From contig LPNZ01011617.1 of NCBI GenBank assembly GCA_001655205.1, positions 13,132-77,131 on the forward strand: 64,000 bases of DNA, in the 5' to 3' direction. The position numbers and the translations under genes are program-made. Positions 1 to 11,925 of this stretch are shown piece by piece. Source of the DNA: Lenisia limosa (lineage: Eukaryota > Protista > Breviatea). The notes under the pieces were generated by a model that ran no database searches, was not told the DNA's origin, and saw nothing but the letters and a program-made list of their open reading frames with translations. Within the stretch, counting starts at the first letter, position 1. Each line of letters starts with the position of its first letter.

Positions 1-3000
1 TTAAGTAATGAGAAGAGAACTCACTTAAATAAGCAACAAAGAAGAACAGTAGGCTCAAAGTGGTTCAAATTGAAACTGTACTAAGTATTTTTCATCTTTG
101 AGGTGTACCGAGCTCTTGAGGCCTTCACTAGAATCAAGAAGAGGAAGAGTACAACGAACATGTTTGGAGGATTTGATAAAACAATATATATTGTCCCCAT
201 ACATACAACTAGAATTCTATTATTTTACTGAACCATTTAGCTACTATGACGAACTTGATATTGTTCACCACATATTTGACACTCACCTTGGTGGGCTGAG
301 ATCAATTGTTTAGTGATTGTACTACTATATTGTGATCTTATTAGAATTCCCTGAATTTGACACGCTTTACGTTGATGAAGTACAAGATCTCACCATTTCT
401 TCAATTGCTCTCACGTTCTAGTTTGTGGGGGGCTCATCTTAATATAATATATCGATAATGAAATACGATGGTATTTTTGAGATAATAGCATACCATAGTT
501 AAATATATTACTATTGCTATATGATATAATATGATATAATATGATATATATATGATATATATATGATATATATATGATATTATTTATTATATGTATCAGA
601 TAATCATTTTACAATATTATATCATATGGGCTTTGTTTATGATTTAGTTCGACCAAGAAGGTGTCCGGACTGTTCTACACAGGAGACACTTGTCAGACCA
701 TATCCCAAGGAGTAGGGTTCAGGTGGGTTCCATGCTGAGTCATCACTTTTGCATATCATACATATGTTTTGTTGAAATAAGAAATAAAACAAGGGACTAT
801 CTGGCAGAAGCCGTCCAAAGCACTATGTTTTACCACCTTAAGGGACTCGAGTTTAACGATGTTCTTCTCTACAACTTCTTCTCTCCTGAAGCTTCTCTTC
901 GATCACATTGGGCTGTAGGGGGGGGGGGGACTTGGAAGGATATTTCCATTTCAGACTATCATTCTCACTTTTAGGCACTCTTCAGTCTAGCTAAACCAGA
1001 AAAGGCACAGTTTACAGTGGGTTTTTGGGTCTCTAATGATTATATTTTTGAGGGATAATTTACATTTTCAGGAAAATACTTCCAATATTGCTCTTCTAGA
1101 AAATGATGAAGATTCTACGGATGTGAGAAGGGAAGCCTTTTTTTGTCCACTGTTTCCCATATCGGTTGTTTTTACGCCTTTAGCATCTATCGAAGCACCA
1201 ATTCGACAAGGCTACTCACCAGATTTTGCTCTTCGAGGTAAACCATGCTGATATTGTATGTTCTTAACCTACTAGCTGAAGTCCCTTTATGTCGGTATCA
1301 CTCGAGCTAGACAGTCGGTTCTTTTCTTTGATTCTGAGTGGGTGTCAAGAGGAATGACTTATTATCTAACTCCGCAGTCATGATCAAGCCACACCCGCTT
1401 ACGATTGGTTTACAAGTAGGTCACTACCTGACCATACAGCTTTTTCTGCCTGATCATACAGCTCTATACTGCGTGACCATACAACTCTATACTGCCTGAC
1501 ACCATACAGCTCACAATATGGCCAAAAGAGAACACGTTGCTCAATTCATCCAGAGTTCCAATCAGAATGATGTACGTATGGGCAGACCTTTGTTTATCAT
1601 CTGACTATCCAGTTAGAAGCGATTGGCTACAATCTGATGGCACGTGGAGACTTCGCACAGGCGCAGGTAGTGTTCAAAAAATCTGGCAACAAGAAGCAGA
1701 TGGACGTAGGGATGAACTGGTTTCATGGTCTTCTCATCCATGCAGCTTTGCCGAGCCCATCATTTGAAGGAAGTCACAGACCCACAAAATGAAAATGTTA
1801 GCCCAAAATGTCTCAACACACTTACTTTGATAGCGCCCAACTGATCAGACAATTGGGGGTAAAGTTGACCAGGAAAACTGTATCGAAGCTGCTCTTATCT
1901 TCCTTGAGGTAATTGAAGTGACAGTGTCATTGTTGTTTTTTGGATTTGCTTAACTTACAGTATGGCGAGTATGAAAAGGCGGAGTTTATGATGTCGTCTT
2001 TCCCGTTCCTCTCAGCAATGGTACGTCAACTTTTGTTTCCATCCAAAAGGCCAAAATGACGCTTCCAGATCACATCGCACCTTCTCAAAAACCCCGATGG
2101 AGCTCTTGATGTTTGCGGGAAGAAGCACTTTCTTCTGTTTTTCATTCAGCTAACACCCTCAGATTATTGACAAATATCTCGATTCAGACGTTATTGATGA
2201 CGATGAGCGGAAGGACCTTCAGGATCTTGAGTTGTCAATCATCACCCACAATAAAACTCCGAATGCGATGGAGAGACACAAGCAGCATCACCTGCGAAAC
2301 AGGTTTGCATTGGGTAGTTAGCAATGGTATTTCGTTTAGTAGGCGGATATTTGACAGCTTTAGCGACTTTGAAAAGGCCTTGCAACTCCATGAAGAAGAC
2401 CTTTTAGGTTTAGGTGGGTTATTTGAGTTCTTTTTCAAAGTTATTCAGGGGCATTGTTAATTCTTCAGTCACTCCATCAAACAAACTTATTGAGCTAAGT
2501 GCAAGCCAAGTCTATACAAGAACAGTTAGAGGCTCTCACCACATATTTCACCATCTTCAGAAGAAATTCTCGGAATGTGAAAAAATATTCAACACTCATC
2601 TCGCACACTATGATGAAAGGAAAATGTTCAACCACAAGGTATTGTTAGAGTGAGAGTTTATCATGACGTTGTGATCATGATGTGGGATATGCCACTATAT
2701 AATACAATTCCATCTGCCTTGTGTGTTTAGCTTTCGTTTATTGCTTAGATTGAGTTTTGTGACAAATTCTCACTTCACCGCGAAAAACGAGATCTCCTAA
2801 TGCAAGCTGGAAATTTTGATGCTGTGGGTGAAGGGTGACAAGAGGGTTACAATATTGTATTTTTGCGATAACAACTCTGACTGCAGATTCTCTGCTCTCA
2901 AAAGACCGACAAAATGAAACTCAAAACATCAAAGGAGATTTTCAATAGCTTCCAACACAAATGGTGGGTAGAATGGAGTTTTATTTACCCTTTAGTTCAC

Positions 3001-6000
3001 CAGATACTCTTGAAACGTGCATCTTCAACATTGCAACTGCTGCTATTCCACCTCAGTCGCAGAGGCCCAGTCAGTACAAATACTTCAACGAAAGTCATCT
3101 AAAGAACCAATCCTGGGCGGATGGCCTTGGAAGAGTCTGGCCCTTTGACCTTCTGAGAACGGTTTGCTCAGCTTTCTACAGGATTGAATCTTATCTTTGA
3201 AGAGTAGCATTGATAGAATGAGCACTGAAGACTACAAGCAATGCAAAGCAATTGTGAAAACCATCGCCAAAGAACTCGAGACGTCTCTTCAAAACCACGA
3301 CTCCCAGGAGCGCTTAAAAGTTTGCTGGTTGAACCACTTTATTTTTTGCTGCTTGAGAAATGTGTTACCTTTTTAGGTATCACCAAGTCGTTTCTTTGCT
3401 TCTCTGGTCTTTATTGCTTCAGAGTGCATTGTCGACACTGCATTATTTATCAAGTTTGTTGGAGTTTGAAACTTGAGTTCGTCAGCTTCATATGAAAACT
3501 GCGATGTTTTTTATATTTCAGAAGTCTATTTGAAGTTGCAGACCTCTCTTCAACCCAAAAACAGCTCTTGAGCCTTTTGAAGCGGTGAGAACAACAAAAT
3601 TTAGAATGCAATTGAACATTGTTTATCATATTGTATTAGAAAAGTATCAATGACTTTGACCAGATACTATCTTTTTATTTCCTGTGTTTTGTTTCACCTT
3701 TATACTAATCCAAGCTTACTGGGTAGAATTGCAGAGAATGCTGCCTCAGTGGAGATGATCGACAATAAGGGTGAGGTGAAGGTATGCTTAAGGTGACACT
3801 ACTTACTCTATAGAAACTTACATCCCAAGTCAGTCCGTTGAAAACAACTGATGATGAATTGGTAGGAAACTCCTTCAGCTCTCACATCGAAGGTGGATAT
3901 AGCATCCATGTTTGGAGTCACATTTGGGACATTTGCGGAGTTTTCGTCATCCAACATTGTTGCTTCTGATGTTTTCTCTAGCAAGGCTAGCAAGCAAGAG
4001 TTGGTATCGAAGGTTACGGAGGAAACTGCAACAACTGAGCTGAAGAGGAAGCTTAATCACTTCCAAATAGCTGCCAATGTATACACCAGCCATCTTTTGA
4101 ACACTTCTACTGGACCTCTCTCAAAAGCTTTTGAAAACTACAAACCCTGTGTTCGATGTTTGGCAGAGACCTGCAAAGAAGCATCACATAAAGGAAAGAA
4201 AGACAAGGATAAAGTTGGTTTAAATATTTGGTCATTCATTTTCCAGGCATTCTTTTACATTCAACTGATGAACGAACTCTCCGTTCTTGTAAAGAAGTTG
4301 GAAATTGCATTCAAAACAGCCATTCCTCCATTCCTCAAGGAACAAGTTCGAGTTGCTAAGGCCTTGGCCTCAGATCATATCAAACTATGGGCTGTCGAAA
4401 GTACGAAGTACAAGATGGGTGTTATGTCCACGCTGGTTCCTTCTCTCAACACAGTCAAGTTTGTGGGGTACTGTCCTAATCTGACTCATGTATTTCTCAC
4501 TTTTTAGCGAAGTTGAAAAGGGAGCATTAATTCTTAAGCGATCCATGAACGAGGACCTTCAAGTCAATTTGACCAACTTGATTCTCCTGTATGCTTATTT
4601 TCAATATTCCAGTGGATACTGTCATACTTACGCTCTAGTGTTGAAGCGAATGGCATTGAATCCTACATCACTCAAACGGGAACGCTGCTGCAAAGGAGTT
4701 GCTTGACAGGAAGCACCAATGGAGAAGGGGAATGGGCACCTGAAGGATTGGATTTCCTTCCCGCCTACTATCACTACAAAGTAAGCCGTCTAACTGCGGA
4801 GCTGCAATGACACTTCAGAACTATGGATTGGAATACAGAATCGAGCCGCTTGATAAGGCCATGCACGCCCCCAAAAAGTTTGTTCAGTGCTTCTTACAGT
4901 TTAGCGTTTCATATTCTTTCAATGACCTCAACAAACACCTCACTGGTCTTGTGAACATCTTTGCTACACTTTCTGGGCAAATCAACTTCACAACACACAA
5001 GGTTAACCCAATTTGCGCGGAAGTGTCTTTGGGGATGATAATGCCGTGGTTGTGGTTTAGCACGTTTTCCATTCTGCCAAACTCTGAACGAGTTCTCCTA
5101 CCTAAACTGGTGAGTACTTTGTTGCTCTTCACATGATCATCTTATGCTTTAGGTCTATCAAAGTTTGAGAAACGGCAACGTCCCCTTTTTGACAGCGCGG
5201 TACACCGATCTTTTCCAACGAATTGTCGGAGTAAAGAAACAGAACTACCTTTCTGAGAGTAGATTCGCCGCGAAAAAAGTACCAGAACTGCTCAGTGTTG
5301 CGGCAAGCATCTTGGTAACCATCCTACCATTGATCAACAAATGCAACGAAGAGATTCACGCTGAAAGGCAGTTGTATCCCAATGTTGACTCTGCTTTCAC
5401 CTTTGATGATAGTGCTGAACTGAGTGTTGAGAAGGCGCGTCTGATGTTCCATGTCATATTCGATCTATTTTTCACAATCATTGCAACCCACATCTGCATT
5501 GTTCCTGTCTGCAAGGAGACTTTGACTGCACTTCGTACCATATTTGAATGGGTAAATGCTTACAAACACAGCAACAATACGCGTGTCAATGTTATCCTTC
5601 ACTGGATGAACAAGACCGGTCCCTACGGTGCCAGCCCTAAGAGGCTTGTTGTTGACGTCATGACCCAGTTGAATTATCTCCTCAAAAAGGGCGACATTAT
5701 GCTTTACCACGACGGAGGAATCAAAGTAACAGCTGGACCCTTTTCGCCCAAGTCCCCCCCTGTACATTGTCCACTTGCCAAATCTGTGATCCCAAAGTAC
5801 ACCAAAAGAAAATTCACGGAAGAGGAGAAAGAAGAAGAATTAAGACTTCAGAAGTTAGAAGAAGAGGAGAAGAAGCAAAAAGAAGAGAAGGAAGCAGCAG
5901 CTAAGGTGCTCTTCAGGGCGTTGAAGACAAGACAAGTTCAGGCCAAACATCATGACATGCAAATCATCCAGTCACTAATTAACAAACATTCTGATTTCAG

Positions 6001-8025
6001 CTCCACAGACGTGGCATCTTCTCAAGGAAATACACAATTCTATCCCAACAGCAAGGAGCATGAAGTCCTTTTGAAGCAAGCTAAGACCAGTTTACTTTGT
6101 GTTCATAAGAAAAACAAGCCCAAGACAATTACCTCCTCAACCTTCAAGATTTCGCAAGCGTACTCTTGTTCCATTTGCAAGTTCTCCTCCAAATGTGAAG
6201 ATCACAAAGTCAGTGGAATTGCTTTATACGGCTATGAATTTGCATTTTTAGAGAACAATAAATGTATTCACTAAAAATCATTTTCATTATTAAAAGGATA
6301 ATATTGTAGACTATTCGTAGTCACAAGGAAAGTGAAGAGCACAAGAAGGTGAAGGTGAGCTGGCCATATGTTTTGCTTGAAATCAAAATACCAGAGAACA
6401 CACTTGAGTTTAGTTGACCTCTCACCATGACTTACATTTCAGAAAAACTTTGAGAAGACTCGGGAAGCTATTATCGGTCTGTGACTTAATTTACCATAAT
6501 CTACGCTTTTTTTGTAACATTTAAGAGGTGACCATAATCTCCGAAATGGTTGTCAAAACTATTGAACGCATTACTGCGGCCAAGGTTGGTATACCCTCTT
6601 TGGTACTTTCTGCCTCCTGCTACCATGGTGATGTTGTAGGTTACTGGATACCGTAACGACTCTGATTTGGCCAATGAAAATATGGAACTGTTGAAGAGAG
6701 CCTTCTTAGAACTACATTCTTGGAAGAACACAAGCGACCTGGTCTCCACTGTATGTTCATTGCACTGAAACCAGTGATTTTGCCATTTCATCTTTGATTT
6801 TTCTTTCCACAGATTGACAAAGCCATCTCCACATTTGTGTCTATTCTCAAAAAGCATGTGCAGACAAAAAGTGGCAGAAAGGAAGGTGACGACCAGACTG
6901 AGGTTTGCTATCAACTAGAGCCTTTCTTCAACCAATCAATATTATTCTTTTCAGAAGGGTACCAAAGATTTGAATCAGACTGTAACAGGAACTGTTACAA
7001 AAAGCCAAAAGAAGATCACACAAAAGCAGCAGCATGAACGTTTCGCACGTGGGTACTCTCGGTTGTCTGTTGCTTTACCTAACTTATTAGGTGCATACAA
7101 AGCGCCTGCAGGTTCAAAGCTGTTCAACACCTCAGCAGTAGCAGAAGAGTTCCAGAAGCAGAGAGAGCAGGAGGAACGTCTCAAGCAAGAACATGCTCGT
7201 TTACAAGAACAACTTCGTGAGCAACAACAGTACCAACAACAACAGTACCAACAACAACAGTACCAACAACAACAGTACCAGCAACAACAACAGTACCAGC
7301 AGCAACAACAGCAATACAAGCAACAACAACAGTACCAGCAACAACAGCAGCAACAAATCTTGGTGCAACAGCAGCACTCATGTCAGTCACACATCTTACA
7401 GGTTGGTTATAGCAAGAGTATCATTTATCATTCTTTTGAAATCATCACTTTGCCCACTTTCAGGCTGCTGCGATTTCTCAACAACCACGCCTGATTCAAC
7501 ATGCTGTATTGGTAAGTTGATGTAGCAAGCTCACACTTCAGCAACAACCCCAACCTCCCAATCTTCAGCAACAACCCCAACTTCAGTTACAACAGGTCAG
7601 CTATAACAACAGAATAATGATATGCAAGTCTGATATAACAACGAAAATTTGTTGTTCTTTGGTATATGATAGTTTATGTTCATGTGTTTTTCTCAGCATA
7701 TTTTGAAATCATCATTTTACCCACTTTCAGGCTGCTGCGATTTCTCAACAACCACGCCTGGTTCAACATGCTGTATCGGTAAGTTGATGTAGCAAGATCA
7801 CACTTTAGCAACAAACTCAACCTCAGCAGTTGCAACAGGTCAATAGAGTATTGATATGCAATCGATTATATCAGCATCTTTCGAAATCATCACTTAACCC
7901 ACTTTCAGGCTGCTGCGATTTCTCAACAACCAAGCCTGGTTCAACATGCATGCAAGCTCACACTTCAACAACAACCCCAACCTCCCAATCTTCAACAACA
8001 ACCCCAACTTCAGCAATACAATTAG
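1..8025 (+). CDS. TRANK1: TRANK1-like UvrD/SF1 helicase + TPR protein (5' partial, many exons; 3' end uncertain, 7400-8025)
   Basis: Spliced exons give LYVDEVQDLT (Walker B, ~370), GLFYTGDTCQTISQGVGFR (~670-722), KGLEFNDVLLYNFF (~840-885) and LKSLYVGITRARQ (~1278-1315). TPR-like helical exons follow, then CSIC..H..SEEH (6160-6345). Further GT-AG exons at 6440-6902 lead into a Q-rich exon at 6953-7401. Confidence 0.85.
528..581. repeat. (ATATG/ATATATATG)n AT-rich microsatellite in an intron
   Basis: tatatgatataatatgatataatatgatatatatatgatatatatatgatat seen directly. Confidence 0.9.
1425..1512. repeat. Intronic ~22-bp tandem repeat, about 4 copies
   Basis: Unit approximately ctgaccatacagctctatactgc. 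Confidence 0.8.
7221..7356 (+). repeat. Coding 15-bp repeat (cagtaccaacaacaa) encoding QYQQQ / polyQ
   Basis: Seen directly, in frame with the exon KGTKDLNQTVTG... Confidence 0.9.
7415..8025 (+). repeat. Three tandem ~180-280 bp copies of an acceptor + low-complexity exon unit
   Basis: gaaatcatca..cccactttcag|gctgctgcgatttctcaacaacca recurs at ~7437, ~7705 and ~7883. Confidence 0.9.
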
Positions 8026-8236
8026 GTATAGTTGCCTTTATCACCATATTAGGCTCTTTAACGTTTCAGTTGAAATGGGAGAAATTATCATGGTCTTTAG
8101 TAGAGCAGGAGTATTGTATTTAGAGTGTAAGATATACTTATTAACTTGACTGAGGGTAAGATGTAACTTATTAACTTGACTGAATATAATTTTCCTTTTG
8201 AATACTTTGAACAACCCACTACATTAACATTATCCA

Positions 8237-11200
8237 TTATACTCTTCTGGGAGGGGGCGGACCTGGGGGTGGCGCTGTGAACGTTAGGATGCGACATGGA
8301 GTCGATATTGAGAAGCCATTCCCAGTGGAGCATCAAACCTCTTTTGGGGAGTCCGGGTTGAGATTGCGGACCGACAGCCTTCGGGGGCCCTGGAGGTGCC
8401 ATCCTCACTGAAGCGGGTACGGATACACCATCCAACTCTGGGGGGGGGGGGTCATGTTTGAAACAAAAAAAACTTATTATACACAGGGTTGAAAACAACA
8501 AAAGAAAGAACAATCCCCAGTCACTCGCTTCATCTCTGAGTATAGGCAAATCATTAAGACAGCACCCACCTGAAGTTTCAATCCCAGTGGTGGTAACAGC
8601 CATCTCGGTTGCGAACTCCTCTGACACTGAAGGTTTAGCAGGGACCTTCTTTTTCTTGTCTAAAACAACTAGGAACGTAAGAAGTCAACGGGGACGGACA
8701 TTTACTTCCGAAGACAGCGGCAACTCCTGCACCCGAGACCACTGTTCCAATCTACCATGTCAGCCGTCATATTGCTTGGGTATCTATGATATTTGATTCA
8801 CTTGGTTGTGCCTACCACTACAGCGCTGAGGATGTTGCTCTCTGACGAAGCCTCTTGTACTGACGTTTCATTGCAGAGAATAGACATGCACGACCTAAGA
8901 AGTGACCAATCAAGATTGACCTGACCCACTTTGTCGCCACCGGCTGAAACCCTGAACATCTGCTTGGCGTAATCTCAACAGACTCGGAGTTCTGTTTGTC
9001 AAAACCGATCCATTGATTCAGCGCCACAAACCAGGCATCGGACCGTTCGGGTTGCAAATGAAAAACCCTCACCACAGGGGCACTCGGACCATGGGCTTGC
9101 GTGCCTAGCAGGTTAGAACTGCCGTGTACATAATCACGACCAACCATTCGCCTGAAGGCGGTGAAGTGATGCACTTACCAGACAAGCAAATCTTCCCGGA
9201 AGAGCACCTGTTAAGTGAGCCCAGAAGGATACTGTGGCGCCAACCTCACGCCGTCACGCACGATATGGTCTTCATCCTCAAAACAGAAAGGGGTCGAGAA
9301 GGGGTACTAAACCACATAAGAAAAAACCCAGATCTTCTCACAACACAGTTTGGATATTGGCAGGAGAGGTCAGAATCACGGTCATCTTCACAACTGCACA
9401 ATAAGCTCCGAATAGCGCCTTACAACTCGCATGTGGCTGAATTCTGCTGCTTTTGGGTGCAATCATAGTTGTGTGACACACAGAATCCATTGTAACATTG
9501 TGAACTAGAGTGTGAGAACATATCCTGACCACTGATAGCACGTTACATGCCAACATATCGTTTCCGATTCCACTTGAAGGGGCAGAGGAGCAAGCTTCTC
9601 CATTGGGCTTAGTGCTAACTATCGAGTGAAAAAGACAAAAGAGGATGCCATAATATACAAACAACAGCTTTGAAACTTACTTGTACAGTCTTGGGAGAAG
9701 CCTGTACAAAAACTGGACAACTGCGAAGTGATTCAAAGAAAAACACCGCAAAGGAATACGAAGCAGCCTACTTGGCACTCGTCATGAGGTTTCCTGCAAA
9801 GTGTCCCGGACGAAGCCAGCTTGCATTCATCCGTACAACACGGTTGCGAGGGGCTGAATGGGTCAATCCATGTTGGACCACTTATGTAATAATGACAACA
9901 GCAAACCTGCACTCAGCATCTCCAATAAGCTGACAAGTGTTTTCGTCACAACAGAAGTTTTGAGCCCGTATACACCCCAATGGTCCGCTGGAGGATGAAT
10001 TGCATTGAGTTGAGGGACAAAAACCCTAAACATACCAGTCACACTCTTCGCCATCATCAATTAAGCCATCACCACTACATCAAATTAGGTTGACAGTAAT
10101 AATATGGGGAATGACAACAAGACACTACGACTTCGGAAGCAATGCACCCACCAAGTACTCAAAGCTGGGGGAACTACACCGTCAGATCAATATCCATTTG
10201 GTTTCACATTTGCTGATTCAAAAGCATTGGTTGAGACATACCATCAACACTGAGGCATGTGTCGCCGTCAATACTATTATCAATCTTTGTCGCACATGCC
10301 GAAGTAATCTAGGGGATAAATCCTCTTTAAAAAAGTCCTTTTATGGAATCATCCAAATCATATTCATCATGATTCCCACGAACACTTGAACTCATGCCTT
10401 CTTTCATATTCATAACCTGTGGATGTTACATCAGGAACTAACACAAAAGAGACCTACATCGCCTTCGTCACTGGTTGCAGAACAGCCGAAAGCTGTTAGC
10501 AGCTACATAGTCAAAACAAATCCCGTTGTAAACAGTTGTAATCTCTCACCCACCGCCCGTGTGGCACTTAAGATCTGTGTGTCATAAGGGATAGTTGGGC
10601 TCATAGCAACAGCACAGTAACTGAGTGTTAGAGAAAAAGTGGTGAACATAAAAAGGATATTCACTCCTATTACCTGTTTTGATCGCAGAACCCTTTACTT
10701 CCGTAATGGAATGCCCCACCATTGAGATTCCGTCCACTGAGGCGATTGTTATTGAATGTTCAAGAGTTTATCAACTGGAAGACCCGCCAACGTGAACGCG
10801 AATATAGTGGCGCGGTCGTCATCACCAAGGTTGAAGTCTACAGCAAAGTCTTTTGCCTGGAGTGAAAAATAAGATAACTTGCAGTTCTTGATTTTGAAAA
10901 CCCCCTTACCCTCGATGTCACAGTTGAAAGGGCCGGCATGCCATTTAGGAGGTCAAAATGCTCAGAGTAGAACGGAAGGTCATCTGAACGTCAACCAGCT
11001 AACAAAGAAAGAGAAGGGCCAGCCAATACACCCTTACTTACCAGGTCGAATAACAATGTTAATTAGTTTCATTTGAACGTTAAACCTCTTTCCTGGTCTT
11101 TCGTCAAAGAGCTTCTACAGACATTATTTGAAAATACACCTTATTCTGGACCTTACCCCATAAATCATCGTCCAAAATCACGTTGTACTTCACATTTCAA

Positions 11201-11611
11201 ACCTGAGCATGGCTCATCATTGTGTAAATGCGCTCTTCCGTTGCTGTTTTGTTGTATTCCATGTCTAGGCAATCAATGTGTTTTCTCAGAGAGAAAAATA
11301 AGAGGACATCCCTTTCAAACTTAATCATTAACCATCCCCATACATGCAAATGCTTTCTCATCAACAATTGCCACCACCTGGCCATAGCTAAAGAGTCAAG
11401 TTGGTCAAATCAACAAAGCCAAAAGAACGGACCAAACAGCAACGGACCACTTACGCTGGAGTTGATGAGTCCCTCTTCTTAATCTTCTATATCATAAATC
11501 ATGCATCATTAAAACTAAAATTAGAGCCTCGTTCCGTTCACCAACCATATTTATATCATGGCAAAAACAAAGTCCAAAAAAGAAGATAAGCAGGAATGAA
11601 GTACTTCTCAT
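8237..11611 (-). CDS. ADAM-like type I membrane protein: signal peptide, degenerate M12B domain, disintegrin, Cys-rich, TSP1, TM, Pro-rich tail
   Basis: Signal peptide MRSTSFLLIFFFGLCFC at 11611. Disintegrin DGLIDDGEECDC, CCDENTCQL and CCTDECKL...LCRKPHDEC. Cys-rich end DG.RCSSGKICLSGKC. TSP1 PWSECPCGEG...TRTVRC. TM ILSAVVIGTVVSGAGVAAVFG then KKKK. Ends APPPGPPPPRRV* at 8237. Confidence 0.85.
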
Positions 11612-11798
11612 TTTAAAAGCGAGGGGGAATGATGCTCAAGGACACCACTCTTTACTCTTTCTATTTTTTCCTTTCTATTTTTAAAAAACAAAAACGAGAG
11701 GGGGAAAGGAAGGATGGGCCCGGGGCAAACGGAAACCAAAAAGGCGACACCTGGCTGGGAAAAAAGGCGATGCCTGGCTGGGAGCCGGATAGAAGAAA

Positions 11799-11819
11799 CA
11801 AAAAAAAAAGAATAAAAAA
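11799..11819 (-). terminator. RNA polymerase III oligo(T) terminator of the tRNA
   Basis: The minus strand reads ATTTTTTATTCTTTTTTTTT immediately 3' of the tRNA discriminator base. Confidence 0.75.
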
Positions 11820-11820
11820 T

Positions 11821-11893
11821 TGCCGACTCCCGGGATCGATCCGGGGACCTTACGATCTTCAGTCGTACGCTCTNNNNNNNNNNACATGCTCTC
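11821..11893 (-). tRNA. trnF-GAA: tRNA-Phe(GAA); 5' ~20 nt hidden in the N-gap
   Basis: Minus strand AGAGCG TACGA CT GAA GA TCGTA AGGTC CCCGG ATCGATC CCGGG AGTCGGC A shows the anticodon stem-loop, T-arm and 3' acceptor strand. The 5' coordinate is estimated. Confidence 0.9.
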
Positions 11894-11925
11894 CAATCAG
11901 AATGCCGATCGTGAACAAAAAATTT

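Noticed and set aside
419-421. In-frame TAG after the Walker B exon, suggesting stop-codon reassignment or a pseudogene
   Set aside because: TA|GTTTGT is a phase-2 donor. Splicing to 649 gives TAT (Tyr) and continues into STKKVSGLFYTGD. All conserved genes read in the standard code.
6501-6914. Minus-strand 137-aa ORF with a PH-like KWQNHWF segment
   Set aside because: It is antisense to three canonical plus-strand exons of the TRANK1-like gene, so it is a shadow ORF.
6975-7525. Poly-Cys, poly-Val and poly-Asn ORFs
   Set aside because: These are alternative frames or strands of the CAA/CAG-rich QYQQQ repeat.
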